This document shows positions 1 to 12,694 of a DNA stretch of 64,000 nt, in pieces; position 1 is the first letter of the stretch; every line of letters begins with the position of its first letter. The position numbers were made by a program, and so were the translations under genes. The notes under the pieces are model-generated. The model was not told the origin of the DNA and did not search any database. It saw only the letters and a list, made by a program, of their open reading frames with translations. Source of the DNA: Balanoglossus misakiensis (taxonomy: Eukaryota; Animalia; Hemichordata); assembly GCA_040954595.2 (NCBI GenBank), contig CM082597.2, positions 9,021,778 to 9,085,777 on the forward strand. The letters are read 5' to 3'.

Positions 1-75
1 TTTATTAGTGTCAGGTTGGGTAAAATAATTGTTGCTATGCATTCGTGTAATAATTGTCTGCGGATTTTTTGCAGC

Positions 76-258
76 GTTACCCGCGTTCGCGTTCTTCATT
101 GCAGGTCGCTCGTCATGTAATGGAATTTCGCCGTGTGCCCGTTTGATTCGCCGATGGATTTTTTACAACGTTACCCGCGTTCGCGTTCTTCATCGCAGTT
201 GGATCGTCGTGTAATGGAATTTCGCCGTGTGCCCGTTTGATTCGCCGATGGATTTTTT
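76..258. repeat. Two-copy ~93-bp tandem duplication
   Basis: CGTTACCCGCGTTCGCGTTCTTCAT...GTAATGGAATTTCGCCGTGTGCCCGTTTGATTCGCCGATGGATTTTT occurs at ~76 and ~169. Confidence 0.8.
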
Positions 259-1221
259 GCTTTCGTCATCGTAATTCCCGCATCAACACGAATCCTCAAT
301 CTCGCGTAACAACAATACATCAAAATGTACACAGAAAAATAGGAGTCGGCAAGACAATTCTGGTTAGTTTGAGCCCCAACCTTTTAAAATTCACAACGGG
401 GGAGGGGGCAGTTTTTCCTCATTTTATATTTGGCTCGAGGTTTTTAACTGTCCCCAGGCGCGTAAAGTTAGTTAGTTTATCACACAGTATGTAATTATCT
501 TGCTTGATTTAAAAAAACACTAAAATTGTATGGGGGAGCTTCTTGCGATTTGCACTTAAGAAACTGATGGTTTGTACCCATAGATAATATTTAGTATTAA
601 GCACATAATTGCCTGGAAATAAAAATTAACTCAAGGGTAGAATGCAACAGTTAATTTTGTGCAATATCAACAGGAGCTATTTTGGCACATTATTTCAGTT
701 TGATAAACACTGTTTTTGCTTATTGTTTCATTTCAACCACTTTTGTCACCTTGTTTTAAATTGAATGCAAGCATTGTTTCTGTTTGACCACTACTTGGGG
801 TAATTGTTCCAAATTGGTATGCAAGATATTTTACATCAGCAGTTAGCCATCTAGCCACACTTTAGCTGCACAGCATATGAAAAATAATGAAATTCATGCA
901 AAAAGCAAAAAAGTATTATGGGTATAATGCCATTGCAGCATTGGCGGTTCGACTCCGTCGATACTTACTTTGAAGCATAAGTCTTCATTATTTTTCATAT
1001 GTAATAAATAAAACTCTTCCAAATTCATATCTTTGTTTTAAGTTTGTGCTTTTGCTTCAGTTAGGGGGCCCACATTTACCAAACCTGTCTTGCCATCTTT
1101 TCACATTTCTTCAAATATGCAGCGCCAGCGGTAGGCAGTATTTGATCAAATTGACCCACAAATCACTCAAAATTTATAGGCAGGATACTGTCCACTCTGG
1201 CCTGGTTACTGTCTGGCCTGC

Positions 1222-4200
1222 TTAATGTTGACGCAAAGGTTGACCCCACCAAACACTCAAAATTAATAGGCAGCATACTGGCCACTCTGGCCTAGTTAAT
1301 GTTGACGCAAAGGTTGACCCCCACCAAACACTCAAAATTAATGGGCACGATACTGGCCACTCTGGCCTAGTTAATGTTGACGCAAAGGTTGACCCCACCA
1401 AACACTCAAAATCAATGGGCAGCATACTGTCCACTATGGCCTGGTTACTGTGTGCTCTGGTTAATGTTGACGCAAAGGTTGACCCCACCAAACACTCAAA
1501 ATTAATGGGCAGCACACTGTCCACTACGGCCTGGTTACTGTGTGCTCTGGTTAATGTTGATGCAAAGGTTGACCCCACCAAACACTCAAAATGAATGGGC
1601 AGAACACTGTCCACTATGGCCTGGTTACTGTGTGCTCTGGTTAATGTTGATGCAAAGGTTGACCCCACCAAACACTCAAAATTAATGGGCAGGATACTGG
1701 CCACTCTGGCCTAGTTAATGTTGACGCAAAGGTTGACCCCCACCAAACACTCAAAATTAATGGGCACGATACTGGCCACTCTGGCCTAGTTAATGTTGAC
1801 GCAAAGGTTGACCCCACCAAACACTCAAAATTAATGGGCAGCACACTGTCCACTACGGCCTGGTTACTGTGTGCTCTGGTTAATGTTGATGCAAAGGTTG
1901 ACCCCACCAAACACTCAAAATTAATGGGCAGAACACTGTCCACTATGGCCTGGTTACTGTGTGCTCTGGTTAATGTTGATGCAAAGGTTGACCCCACCAA
2001 ACACTCAAAATTAATGGGCAGGATACTGGCCACTCTGGCCTAGTTAATGTTGACGCAAAGGTTGACCCCCACCAAACACTCAAAATTAATGGGCACGATA
2101 CTGGCCACTCTGGCCTAGTTAATGTTGACGCAAAGGTTGACCCCACCAAACACTCAAAATTAATGGGCAGCACACTGTCCACTACGGCCTGGTTACTGTG
2201 TGCTCTGGTTAATGTTGACGCAAAGGTTGACCCCACCAAACACTCAAAATTAATGGGCAGAACACTGTCCACTATGGCCTGGTTACTGTGTGCTCTGGTT
2301 AATGTTGACGCAAAGGTTGACCCCACCAAACACTCAAAATTAATGGGCAGAACACTGTCCACTACAGCCTGGTTATTGTGTGCTCTGGTTAATGTTGACG
2401 CAAAGGTTGACGCCACCAAACACTCAAAATCAATGGGCAGCATACTGTCCACTATGGCCTGGTTACTGTGTGCTCTGGTTAATGTTGACGCAAAGGTTGA
2501 CCCCACCAAACACTCAAAATTAATGGGCAGAACACTGTCCACTACGGCCTGGTTACTGTGTGCTCTGGTTAATGTTGACGCAAAGGTTGACCCCACCAAA
2601 CACTCAAAATTAATGGGCAGAACACTGTCCACTATGGCCTGGTTACTGTGTGCTCTGGTTAATGTTGACGCAAAGGTTGACCCCACCAAACACTCAAAAT
2701 TAATGGGCAGAACACTGTCCACTACGGCCTGGTTACTGTGTGCTCTGGTTAATGTTGACGGAAAGGTTGACCCCACCAAACACTCAAAATTAATGGGCAG
2801 AACACTGTCCACTATGGCCTGGTTACTGTGTGCTCTGGTTAATGTTGACGCAAAGGTTGACCCCACCAAACACTCAAAATTAATGGGCCGAACACTGTCC
2901 ACTACGGCCAGGTTACTGTGTGCTCTGGTTAATGTTGACGCAAAGGTTGACCCCACCAAACACTCAAAATTAATGGGCAGAACACTGTCCACTACGGCCT
3001 GGTTACTGTGTGCTCTGGTTAATGTTGACGCAAAGGTTGACCCCACCAAACACTCAAAATTAATGGGCAGAACACTGTCCACTATGGCCTGGTTACTGTG
3101 TGCTCTGGTTAATGTTGACGCAAAGGTTGACCCCACCAAACACTCAAAATTAATGGGCAGCACACTGTCCACTACGGCCTGGTTACTGTGTGCTCTGGTT
3201 AATGTTGACGCAAAGGTTGACCCCACCAAACACTCAAAATTAATGGGCAGAACACTGTCCACTACGGCCTGGTTACTGTGTGCTCTGGTTAATGTTGACG
3301 CAAAGGTTGACCCCCACCAAACACTCAAAATTAATGGGCACGATACTGGCCACTCTGGCCTAGTTAATGTTGACGCAAAGGTTGACCCCACCAAACACTC
3401 AAAATTAATGGGCACGATACTGGCCACTCTGGCCTAGTTAATGTTGACGCAAAGGTTGACCCCACCAAACACTCAAAATTAATGGGCACGATACTGGCCA
3501 CTCTGGCCTAGTTAATGTTGACGCAAAGGTTGACCCCACCAAACACTCAAAATTAATGGGCACGATACTGGCCACTCTGGCCTAGTTAATGTTGACGCAA
3601 AGGTTGACCCCACCAAACACTCAAAATTAATGGGCAGAACACTGTCCACTACGGCCTGGTTACTGTGTGCTCTGGTTAATGTTGACGCAAAGGTTGACCC
3701 CACCAAACACTCAAAATTAATGGGCAGAACACTGTCCACTACGGCCTGGTTACTGTGTGCTCTGGTTAATGTTGACGCAAAGGTTGACCCCACCAAACAC
3801 TCAAAATTTATGGGCAGAACACTGTCCACTACGGCCTGGTTACTGTGTGCTCTGATTAATGTTGACGCAAAGGTTGACCCCACCAAACACTCAAAATTAA
3901 TGGGCAGAACACTGTCCACTATGGCCTGGTTACTCTGTGCTCTGGTTAATGTTGACGCAAAGGTTGACCCCACCAAACACTCAAAATTAATGGGCAGCAC
4001 ACTGTCCACTATGGCCTGGTTACTGTGTGCTCTGGTTAATGTTGACGCAAAGGTTGACCCCACCAAACACTCAAAATTAATGGGCAGAACACTGTCCACT
4101 ACGGCCTGGTTACTGTGTGCTCTGGTTAATGTTGACGCAAAGGTTGACCCCACCAAACACTCAAAATTAATGGGCAGAACACTGTCCACTATGGCCTGGT

Positions 4201-5093
4201 TACTGTGTGCTCTGGTTAATGTTGACGCAAAGGTTGACCCCACCAAACACTCAAAATTAATGGGCAGAACACTGTCCACTACGGCCTGGTTACTGTGTGC
4301 TCTGGTTAATGTTGACGCAAAGGTTGACCCCACCAAACACTCAAAATTAATGGGCAGAACACTGTCCACTACGGCCTGGTTACTGTGTGCTCTGGTTAAT
4401 GTTGACGCAAAGGTTGACCCCACCAAACACTCAAAATTAATGGGCAGAACACTGTCCACTATGGCCTGGTTACTGTGTGCTCTGGTTAATGTTGACGCAA
4501 AGGTTGACCCCACCAAACACTCAAAATTAATGGGCAGCACACTGTCCACTATGGCCTGGTTACTGTGTGCTCTGGTTAATGTTGACGCAAAGGTTGACCC
4601 CACCAAACACTCAAAATTAATGGGCAGAACACTGTCCACTATGGCCTGGTTACTGTGTGCTCTGGTTAATGTTGACGCAAAGGTTGACCCCACCAAACAC
4701 TCAAAATTAATGGGCAGCACACTGTCCACTATGGCCTGGTTACTGTGTGCTCTGGTTAATGTTGACGCAAAGGTTGACCCCACCAAACACTCAAAATTAA
4801 TGGGCAGAACACTGTCCACTACGGCCTGGTTACTGTGTGCTCTGGTTAATGTTGACGCAAAGGTTGACCCCCACCAAACACTCAAAATTAATGGGCACGA
4901 TACTGGCCACTCTGGCCTAGTTAATGTTGACGCAAAGGTTGACCCCACCAAACACTCAAAATTAATGGGCACGATACTGGCCACTCTGGCCTAGTTAATG
5001 TTGACGCAAAGGTTGACCCCACCAAACACTCAAAATTAATGGGCACGATACTGGCCACTCTGGCCTGGTTACTGTGTGCTCTGGTTAATGTTA
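1222..5093. repeat. Composite tandem satellite of 90-bp (A) and 74/75-bp (B) units, about 45 units
   Basis: A shared ~50-bp core TTAATGTTGACGCAAAGGTTGACCCCACCAAACACTCAAAATTAATGGGC is followed by either AGAACACTGTCCACTA(C/T)GGCCTGGTTACTGTGTGCTCTGG (A) or ACGATACTGGCCACTCTGGCCTAG (B). A degenerate unit precedes the array at ~1140-1221. Confidence 0.97.
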
Positions 5094-5324
5094 ATGGTAG
5101 GTCGTTGCTGTCTCATTTCAGGGATTTGTGGACTAAATGTCAATCTTTGTACTATTCGTACATGAAACTTTTCTTTCAAATACAACTTACAGACCAACAT
5201 AGACAGTCATGCTTATATAAGTATGACTATCTATTAAAGTAACATTCATATCATGATTGTTGGTTTACACTGTGTTTTCAAAGTAATTGTTGCAGTAAAC
5301 CAATTGCCTTGCTTGGAAATATTA

Positions 5325-5432
5325 AAAGGGAAGTCCTGTCCAGCTGATTTATGCATAATTTCTACACAATGTTTTTTTCTGAAAGAATGACCTCAAAGCT
5401 ACCCAATTATGTAGCTGAACCGGACTTCCCCT
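5325..5432. mobile_element. Short TTAA-flanked MITE (Kolobok-like)
   Basis: TTAA|AAGGGAAGTCC...GGACTTCCCCT|TTAA terminal inverted repeats. A related right end lies at ~8990-9064. Confidence 0.6.
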
Positions 5433-6174
5433 TTAAATGCTACCAGTGAGCTTGTTTGTCTTTGTAAATACACTCAAGTATTAATCCCCTTTTTCTCAGA
5501 ATTCAATGCATCTTCATGCCATGAGGTGAGAGGACACTTTTGTTAGCAGGAGGGAAACAAATCCAAAATAAATAATAACAGTGCAAAGTTGGTCTGCTGA
5601 CTTTCTCCACATTTCATTATTGAATTACGGCAAAAGTATGAAATCCAATTATGAAATTCAGCTTTTTGTCCACTTTTTGTTGCTGCAAATTCATTGCGGT
5701 ATAAAGGTCAATAATATGACAAATCTTGGTTAAAAGTATACAGTCACCTTCAATACACATTCCCATATATGGCTGAATGGCGTATTTGAGCATTCTAAAG
5801 AACATATGGTGGCGCCTGTTTTCCACGTGTGCCACCAAATGAAAATCTGTGATTGGCTAGATTTCAATTTTCCATGGTAACTATATATAGCTAATTTTCC
5901 ATGGGTGATCATATACCTTTAACTCTATAGTTTAACATGATACTTACGAACACATGATTGGTTAAAAGTGTAGACATCATACATTGAGAGACCAGTTTCT
6001 CCAGGTGGCAGATAGAATCCACCTGTGCCGTTATTTGCATATAAGAGATAGCCTTCTTCACAGGAACATTGAAAACCACCTGCAGTGTTTTTACAAAGTT
6101 GATCACAAGAATGTGAAGCACATTCATTTATATCTACAAAGAAGGAACATGGATTGGATTAAAACAATGTACGT

Positions 6175-6540
6175 TCAGTAAAATTGAAAGTATTGTCATT
6201 TCTTTTAATCGTGAATTTTGGGATTATCTTGTGTACGTACAAGATGAATCTGTGATAAAATAAAGGCGTCACCTTGCTTGCTTTTGAAATACAAGGCCAT
6301 TAATTTAGTTGATAATAGAAGAAACCTGCTTACTCAGCATGGTTCACCAATGGTTTGTCTATGGACAAAAACCTTAAAGAAATTTATCTCAAAATAGAGC
6401 ATTGTAATCACACAATTTTATTTGACCAATGAATTTATATTTACTAGACTGAGCTATGTGTAAAATTTCGTGAAAATGACAATAGTAGAAGTTTGTTTTC
6501 TAGCAATTATCAATGTAATCCTATGAGAAAAAGACACCTG
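6175..6540 (+). repeat. Old dispersed repeat; further copies at ~7580-7740 (-), ~25470-25805 (-) and ~39245-39560 (+)
   Basis: Shared blocks CAGTAAAAT(T/C)GAAAGTATTGT, TTTTGAAATACAAGGCCAT..ATTT.GTTGATAAT and GAGCTATGTGTAAAATTTC. Confidence 0.75.
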
Positions 6541-6654
6541 AGATTAAAAGGTCATTCCAAAAATTTATCCGGAATTCTGAAATAAGTTCGGAATGTGTTA
6601 AATGTGAAAATAGTGACTTGAAGTTATGTTGCAAGTGACTTGTTTATGTCTCAC

Positions 6655-6783
6655 CTTTGCATGCTGTTCCATTCACATCTGGTTCAAATTCCACCAAACA
6701 TGCACACTGATAGTCACCATCTCTATTTTCACAGACTTGATTGATTCCACACCGTGCCACCAATGTACTACATTCATTAATAT
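6655..6783 (-). pseudogene. Exon: calcium-binding EGF domain
   Basis: DINECSTLVARCGINQVCENRDGDYQCACLVEFEPDVNGTACK; AG/GT flanks; 129 nt, phase 1-1. Confidence 0.9.
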
Positions 6784-7260
6784 CTGAAATGTTATTCATC
6801 AAGATATGATCAAAATCCCACAGGTCCGCTGGTAAATTCAGACCAACAAGTTTAGCTGGGAACCACCAGACCAACAGGAAATTTTCACAAACAAATTTTC
6901 GCGAACTATGCAAGAGCCAAAAAAAAAAGACATTTTTGCGTAAAAAACTATTTTCAGTGATAACAATGTAGTGAAATACGAGAACATGAAAATTAATCGT
7001 CTCATAACAGTTTCTGCTTTTGATATCGCAAAAAATTTCTTTGTCGCGAAAATTTCCTGTTTTACAGTAATCAATGAAAAATAAAATTACGAAAATCATG
7101 AAATTTCTGACAGCCATAGATTTGCATGGCATGAACTGTATGTCCTATCAGCATGTAGTTTAGGTGACATTTATGATAAATAGTCAAATTACTGGAGTGA
7201 TCGATTACGGTACCTCATAAGCAGACAACCACATGAAGACCAATCTTGATGTGAACTTAC

Positions 7261-7443
7261 CAATGCATGATGGTATTGCACTATTCCACTGTAAATCGGA
7301 TTGACAAGTCAGGTAATCAGCACCATTTAATTCATAGCCAGCATTACAATAGAATGTGATGTTACTGCCCATATAATATGGTCCACTATCAGGGACAGCT
7401 TGTAGATGTGGGTCTGTTATGAGTATATCACTGCAGTTCAATC
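7261..7443 (-). pseudogene. Exon: Sushi/CCP domain 4
   Basis: LNCSDILITDPHL...GSNITFYCNAGYELNGADYLTCQSDLQWNSAIPSCI; 183 nt; CAG/GTAAG. Confidence 0.9.
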
Positions 7444-7753
7444 CTGCAAGTAAAAAAAATAAAACACTATGTGGATGCAGACTTGATTGTGGTATATATA
7501 TTGGGTATCTGTATTCTGTCACAACTTTAACATTTTCACCCCAAGTTCCCACTATAAAAGTCCAGATACCATTGACTCCTTTTTTTCAATTATCGACTAA
7601 ATTCATGACTCTGTATTTCAAAAACAAGCGTGGTGACCCCTATATTTTATCACAAATTTTCATTATACATACATAGGATAATCCAAAAATTAACAATTAA
7701 AAGAAATGACCATATTTTCAATTTTACTGAATGTACATCCTTAAATGACTTAC

Positions 7754-7936
7754 GTTGACAGTATCCTGGATCTCCAATCCATGATCCATCTTCACCACAT
7801 GTAGAGACAGTGTAGCCAGTCAGACTGTAGCCAGATGGACATGAGTAGGCAACGGTTGTTCCAAAAATCAATGAATCACCATTAACAATTTCATATGATA
7901 AGTAGTTGTCTACATTCGGTGGTGGACACTCGCGAG
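7754..7936 (-). pseudogene. Exon: Sushi/CCP domain 3
   Basis: RECPPP...FGTTVAYSCPSGYSLTGYTVSTCGEDGSWIGDPGYCQ; 183 nt; CAG/GTAAG. Confidence 0.9.
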
Positions 7937-8237
7937 CTGTTTGGATAAGATGAACAGATAACATTACAAGTATGTTAATACTAGGAAAATGGTTTAAAGG
8001 GACATGTAGCAGTAACCCTCACAATCCTGCATATTTTCAAGTTACCAGTGTCTGGTTTAACATTCAGTGTGTAATGTCCCAATTAGACACCCATGTGGAA
8101 TGTAGCAACCAGCACAAAGTGCCCCATCATAACGCTATGGAGAGAATTTCAACTTGAGTCAGTGATTTTTATGAAAACATGACAGTGAACACCCTGTGTT
8201 ATACTTTGTTTTCAAAACGACTCATCACACACTTTAA

Positions 8238-8537
8238 AGCCTCTAGAGCTGCCAAATTTCACAATTTTTTTCTTTTCCACAGTAAAACCTTTCAAATCTA
8301 TGGTGATGCATACCACGATAGCTAGCTGCATACTGTTTGTATGGAGGCTGATTTTAATAAAATGGGTACGGCACCTGTTTAATACATTGCACGTTTAAAT
8401 TGCAACATACAGCCACAATCAGGCATTGATGACATGTTCTTGTATCCCTATCAGTAAGCTTAATTATTTCAATGTACCAATCTACGTCGGAAAATAAAAT
8501 CTGAAAATAAATGCAAAAAGTGGCAGCTCTAGTGGCT
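8238..8537. mobile_element. TTAA-TSD MITE (Kolobok-like)
   Basis: TTAA|AGCCTCTAGAGCTGCCA...TGGCAGCTCTAGTGGCT|TTAA. Confidence 0.8.
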
Positions 8538-8640
8538 TTAAAGCACTGAAAGGTTCAGAGGACTAACATTTTTCTGAAAATCCGTCTCCTAAGTGTGCAC
8601 TACAATGGCAGTTTAATTGTTTTCAAAAATATCAACTTAC

Positions 8641-8820
8641 GCTCGCATTGGGGCACAAGTGGACCCCAGACACCATCTGCTTGGCATTCCAATGAAGACA
8701 CATTATTTATAAACTGATAGCCCTCAATGCATTGATAATAAGCAATGCCACCATACACTGTACTGGTAACATTGGTAAGAATTCCATTGCTGCACTCAGG
8801 GGGTCCACCACATGTTATTC
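8641..8820 (-). pseudogene. Exon: Sushi/CCP domain 2 (not in the ORF track)
   Basis: Manual translation ITCGGPPECSNGILTNVTSTVYGGIAYYQCIEGYQFINNVSSLECQADGVWGPLVPQCE; 180 nt; TAG/GTAAG. Confidence 0.9.
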
Positions 8821-9064
8821 CTAAAAAATAAACAACAAATTAGTGTCATTCAAGTTGTTGCTAACAATAGATTCAAGAGACAAATTAAGTCTCTCTCATC
8901 ACTGCACTTTTTTCATTAATTATCTTGGATACAAGACACCAGGCTAGGCATATTTGCATAGCTGGTACGACTTATACACGGCGAAAATGTTTTTTTTTCC
9001 TGAAAGAGTGACCTCAAAGCTACAAAATTATGTAGATATCAGCTAGACCGGACATCCCCTTTAA

Positions 9065-9165
9065 CTACTGGATAACCGTCCGAGCATTGGAATGAGACAG
9101 AGACATCATACCTTCTATCTCTGTACTGGTCACCACGCCCTCACTAATCACAATTTCGGGACAGT
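9065..9165 (-). pseudogene. Broken exon: Sushi/CCP domain 1
   Basis: DCPEIVISEGVVTST, then a frame change to DRRYDVSVSFQCSDGYPV, then cut at TTAA (9061-9064) by a MITE end. The second half of the domain is absent. Confidence 0.75.
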
Positions 9166-9240
9166 CTGTCAGAACAAGGATCACAATGATAAGAATGCAT
9201 GCAGACAAATACTTAAACTCATAAATGTCAGTTGTTTTAA

Positions 9241-9464
9241 AGTGAAGGGGTCGTCGCAATGCGTTTGTTTATAAACATTACAATTCATCCACAAATCCCT
9301 CAAATAAGATAATTCTTAGAATGAACGAAGCAGCTGACAGTATCCTAGACTGTCCATGACAGCAACTGAAGATCCTAGTAGGTCGTGGCTGTCTAATTTC
9401 AGGGATTTGTGGATGAATTGCAATGTTTATAAACAAACAAACGCAGTGCGACGACCCCATCACT
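9241..9464. mobile_element. Palindromic MITE with ~60-bp TIRs
   Basis: TTAA|AGTGAAGGGGTCGTCGCAATGCGTTTGTTTATAAACATTACAATTCATCCACAAATCCC is mirrored by GGGATTTGTGGATGAATTGCAATGTTTATAAACAAAC...GCGACGACCCCATCACT|TTAT. Confidence 0.85.
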
Positions 9465-9684
9465 TTATTGAGTGTGATACAAGAGTGTTGCCATTCCTGT
9501 CAATGGTCCAAAATTGCATTGCAATTGTAAGAAATTACTGTCTCTGTTTTTCCAGCTCTTTGAAGTTTCGTAAAAATTCAAAAACATTTGCACCTTTCAA
9601 TTAATGACTCTAAATCACAAGGAATAAAGGGAGAGTGTGTTTCTAAGAATTCTGTAACAACTTTTTCTGAAATGTTAGTAAGTT

Positions 9685-10573
9685 ACTGTAAAACTCTTTA
9701 TTTTCGCGAGCAAGAGATTTTCGCGAAATACGCGAGAGCCAAAATAGCGTGAAAATAAAAAGTTGCGTAATTTTTTTGAAGATAAAGATGCAATGAATGA
9801 AATAAGAGAACGCGAAAATTAATACTGGCGAAACAGTGGCCTCTCTCGATGTCGCGAAAAATTTCAACTCGTGAAAATAAAGTGTTTTACAGTATGTGTA
9901 CCTGGTGAAAATGAAGCCCTGAATCCTTTAGCTGGTCGTGTTCTACTACTCCTGAACACAACCGAAAAGTGTCCAATGTCTGTACGGCAATCGGGTGGTG
10001 GCACAGTGCCATCAATGACTCCATCAGAATTGCCACTCCATGGACCAATAATGACATCATCATCACTCTCAGTACCATTGTATACCTTCAGAAACAAAGA
10101 CAAATTAAGCATGCATTGTAAATACCGTAAAACGGGAAATCTTCACAACAGGAAATTTTCGCGATATCAAAGGTGGCTACTGTTACGCGACAATTAATTT
10201 TCACATTGGCATATTTTACTGCATTGTTATCTCTGAAGCATTTTAAGCGACTTTTTATTTTCATATTTTTTGGCTCTCACATAGTTTACGAAAATTTATC
10301 GTTCACGAAAATTTTATAGTATTCAATCCTTGTTGCATTTCCTGCTGTAACAGCTACTCAACATACTGTAAAATGGGAAATGTTCGCAAACAATAAATTT
10401 TCGCGATCTACGTGAGAGCCATCAAAACATGAAAATAAAAAGTTGCGTAAAAATGTTTTTCGGGGATAATGATGCAGTGAAATACAAGAACGTGAAAAGT
10501 TATTGTTGCATAACACTTGCCTCTTTTGATAACGCGAAAATTTCATGTTGCAAAAGTATCCCGTTTTACAGTA
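9685..10573. mobile_element. Cluster of ~200-bp TA-flanked MITEs (Tc2/pogo-like C(T/C)GTA termini) at ~9685-9893, ~10122-10320 and ~10364-10573; further copies at ~6875-7069 and ~15878-16071
   Basis: TA|CTGTAAAA...TTTTCGCG...CGCGAAAA...TTTTACAG|TA pattern in each copy. The cluster flanks the exon at 9902-10085. Confidence 0.75.
9902..10085 (-). pseudogene. Exon: CUB3 second half
   Basis: VYNGTESDD...HFSVVFRSSRTRPAKGFRASFSP; 184 nt, phase 0-1. Confidence 0.85.
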
Positions 10574-10738
10574 TATATGTGATTAATTAAATTTCCAAAT
10601 TGTGTTCCAAAGTTGTATAGTTTGAAGTAATGTCTGCCAAAATTGTCAAACTAAAATCACTGCAAAATAATATGACAAATTTTTTAATATGACAAATATT
10701 TTTAACATGGCTGACTCATGATCATACCTGATACTCAC

Positions 10739-10923
10739 AATGATGTAATCAACATCTGTGTTCCTCTCTAATCCAAAGTTCTCATCAAAGATAAGAGTTA
10801 ATGGTCTTCCAGTTGGTTCCTTGATTAACCAGCTACACATAACATCATCAGGGTAAGTGCTAACATCATACCCTGGTGACTGAATCGTGCCAAAACTACG
10901 CAGAATTTCAATTCCCTGGCAAC
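10739..10923 (-). pseudogene. Exon: CUB3 first half
   Basis: CQGIEILRSFGTIQSPGYDVSTYPDDVMCSWLIKEPTGRPLTLIFDENFGLERNTDVDYII; AAG/GTGAG; 185 nt. Confidence 0.9.
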
Positions 10924-10931
10924 CTTTAAAG

Positions 10932-11680
10932 AAACAAGTGACCTATCGGTCAAAAGAGCTCTGCTGACTTTAACAGTGAAACCTATAGCTGGGCAATGAT
11001 ATGAATACCCTAGGTTTTAATCATAACAATTGTATTCTATTAAACAAAACCAAACATAGACATCACAAGTATTTAATATCCACATTCAGCCTGATTCATT
11101 GTGCTAAAGAAAGAAAGAATTTATTCCTAAAGAACAACATCAAAAGGAAGTACCAAGGTACTAATTTGCATATTCATGACCCGATCAAAATTCCAATAAA
11201 ACAAAATCAGGTAGGGGCACCATAACACACATTCTACCAAATTTCAGCTCCATCGTACATGTAGTTAGGGAGAAGAAGATTTTTTACCAAAAATTATATT
11301 TTTAGATCTAATTTGCATATTCATGACCCGATCATATCCAAATTTATGAAATCAGGTAGGGGCACCATAACACACATTCCTGCCAAATTTCAGCTCCATC
11401 GTACATGTAGTTAGGGAGAAGAAAATGTTTGACCAACATTCTATTTTTAGATCTAATTTGCATATTTATGACCCCATCAAATCCAAATTTACAAAATCAG
11501 GTAGGGGCACCATAACACACATTCCTACCAAATTATAGCTAAATATGCAATGTCGGTTTAACGAAGAAGATTGAAATACCGAAAGTTGACGGACGACGGA
11601 CAACGGACGCCGGACGACAGACGGACACTTATCAACCTACTGCTACAGCTTGGCTGACACAAGTGACAGCCAAGCTAAAA
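10932..11680 (-). mobile_element. Non-autonomous Helentron-type element (DINE/HINE)
   Basis: Minus-strand 5' end TTTTT-AGCTTGGCTG-N10-CAGCCAAGCT, then (GTCC/GTC)n, ~125-bp internal repeats, 3' subTIR-like CAGCAGAGCT and a TGACC/GGTCA hairpin followed by CTTGTTT. Confidence 0.8.
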
Positions 11681-12058
11681 ATACCAAACAAGGAATAATG
11701 AATTCAATCCACAGGTTTGGTGTAATCCTGGCTGCCTTTTATTTTGTGCTAGGGGATCAAATCACATAATAATTGCCTTCTGGATAAAAAGTCGTACGCG
11801 ACAGAAGAAATGACTGTTAACTGTATATGACTTCCTTAGGTCAAACCTTTCTGTCGTTATACATGTAGTTATCAAATTAAACTCATTTAACTTTTTTCAC
11901 ATTTTGTTATTTTTTCTGTTAAAAAGTTCCATAATGACCCAGTATCAGATTAGCTTATATTATAAACTTCCAGAAAGAATGGCAAAAGAAGATAGATCTG
12001 TGATCCTTACAATTCTTACTGGGTTGAAATTCTTTGGGAATGATTTTAAGTGATTTAA

Positions 12059-12407
12059 AGGGACAAAGTTTCTCTCACTCGCTGCCCTTTTTCCATTAAC
12101 TATGTTTGATACAAGACACTGTTTATGTTATTCTACATGTGGATATATAGTGAATCAACATTCAACCACGCACAACTTCCATCCCGTTTGTAGGATATGA
12201 GAGTAAAAATATTGCCAAAATGAATAAACGGTAGAGACCAATTATTCATTTTGGCGAGTTTTTTCACTCTTGTGTCTACAAGTGGGATGGAAGTTGTTTG
12301 TGGTCAAACGTTGTTTCAATATATATCCACATGTAGAATAACATAAACGCTGTATTGTATCATCATAATTCCTGGAAAAAGGGTAGCGAGAGAGAGTGTT
12401 TGTCCCT
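12059..12407. mobile_element. TTAA-TSD palindromic MITE family (Kolobok-like); further copies at ~12810-13085, ~24717-25007 and ~25805-26097 (partial)
   Basis: TTAA|AGGGACAAAG...CTCGCTGCCCTTTTTCCATTAA...AAAAGGG(C/T)AGCGAGAGAGAG..TTTGTCCCT|TTAA. Purine-purine termini with a TTAA TSD are typical of Kolobok. Confidence 0.85.
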
Positions 12408-12492
12408 TTAAAACATTGTTCTCTTGCATCATGAATCCTTGATTGCCTCTTCATTCAAACAACGTCTTGATCAATTTGAATGCGTTACCTAC

Positions 12493-12694
12493 CTGCCCAG
12501 TAATGTACATGAAAACCTCTCATTGTAACTGCATCATCACTCTTAATGTCAACTCTCATCATACTTTTGGAAGATATGATGACATTGGGTAACTCCATCC
12601 CAGAAAATAAAGCAAGTCTGAGGGCAGGATTCAGTTCAGCGCCATCGTATACAGACACTTGATCAGCCCCATCTTCTGTTGCAAAGGAGATAAA
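12493..12694 (-). pseudogene. Exon: CUB2 second half, acceptor mutated
   Basis: FISFATEDGADQVSVYDG...IKSDDAVTMRGFHVHYWA. It is preceded by TTTTCCG where TTTTCCAG is expected; 202 nt like the CUB1 equivalent. Confidence 0.85.

Noticed and set aside
1970-4994. 424-490 aa repeat ORFs on both strands
   Set aside because: Artefact of a stop-free 90-bp unit. Frames break at the 74-bp units and are open on both strands.
1222-5093. CRISPR-like constant repeat with intervening segments
   Set aside because: The intervening segments are only two recurring types, not unique spacers. There are no cas genes and the context is eukaryotic.
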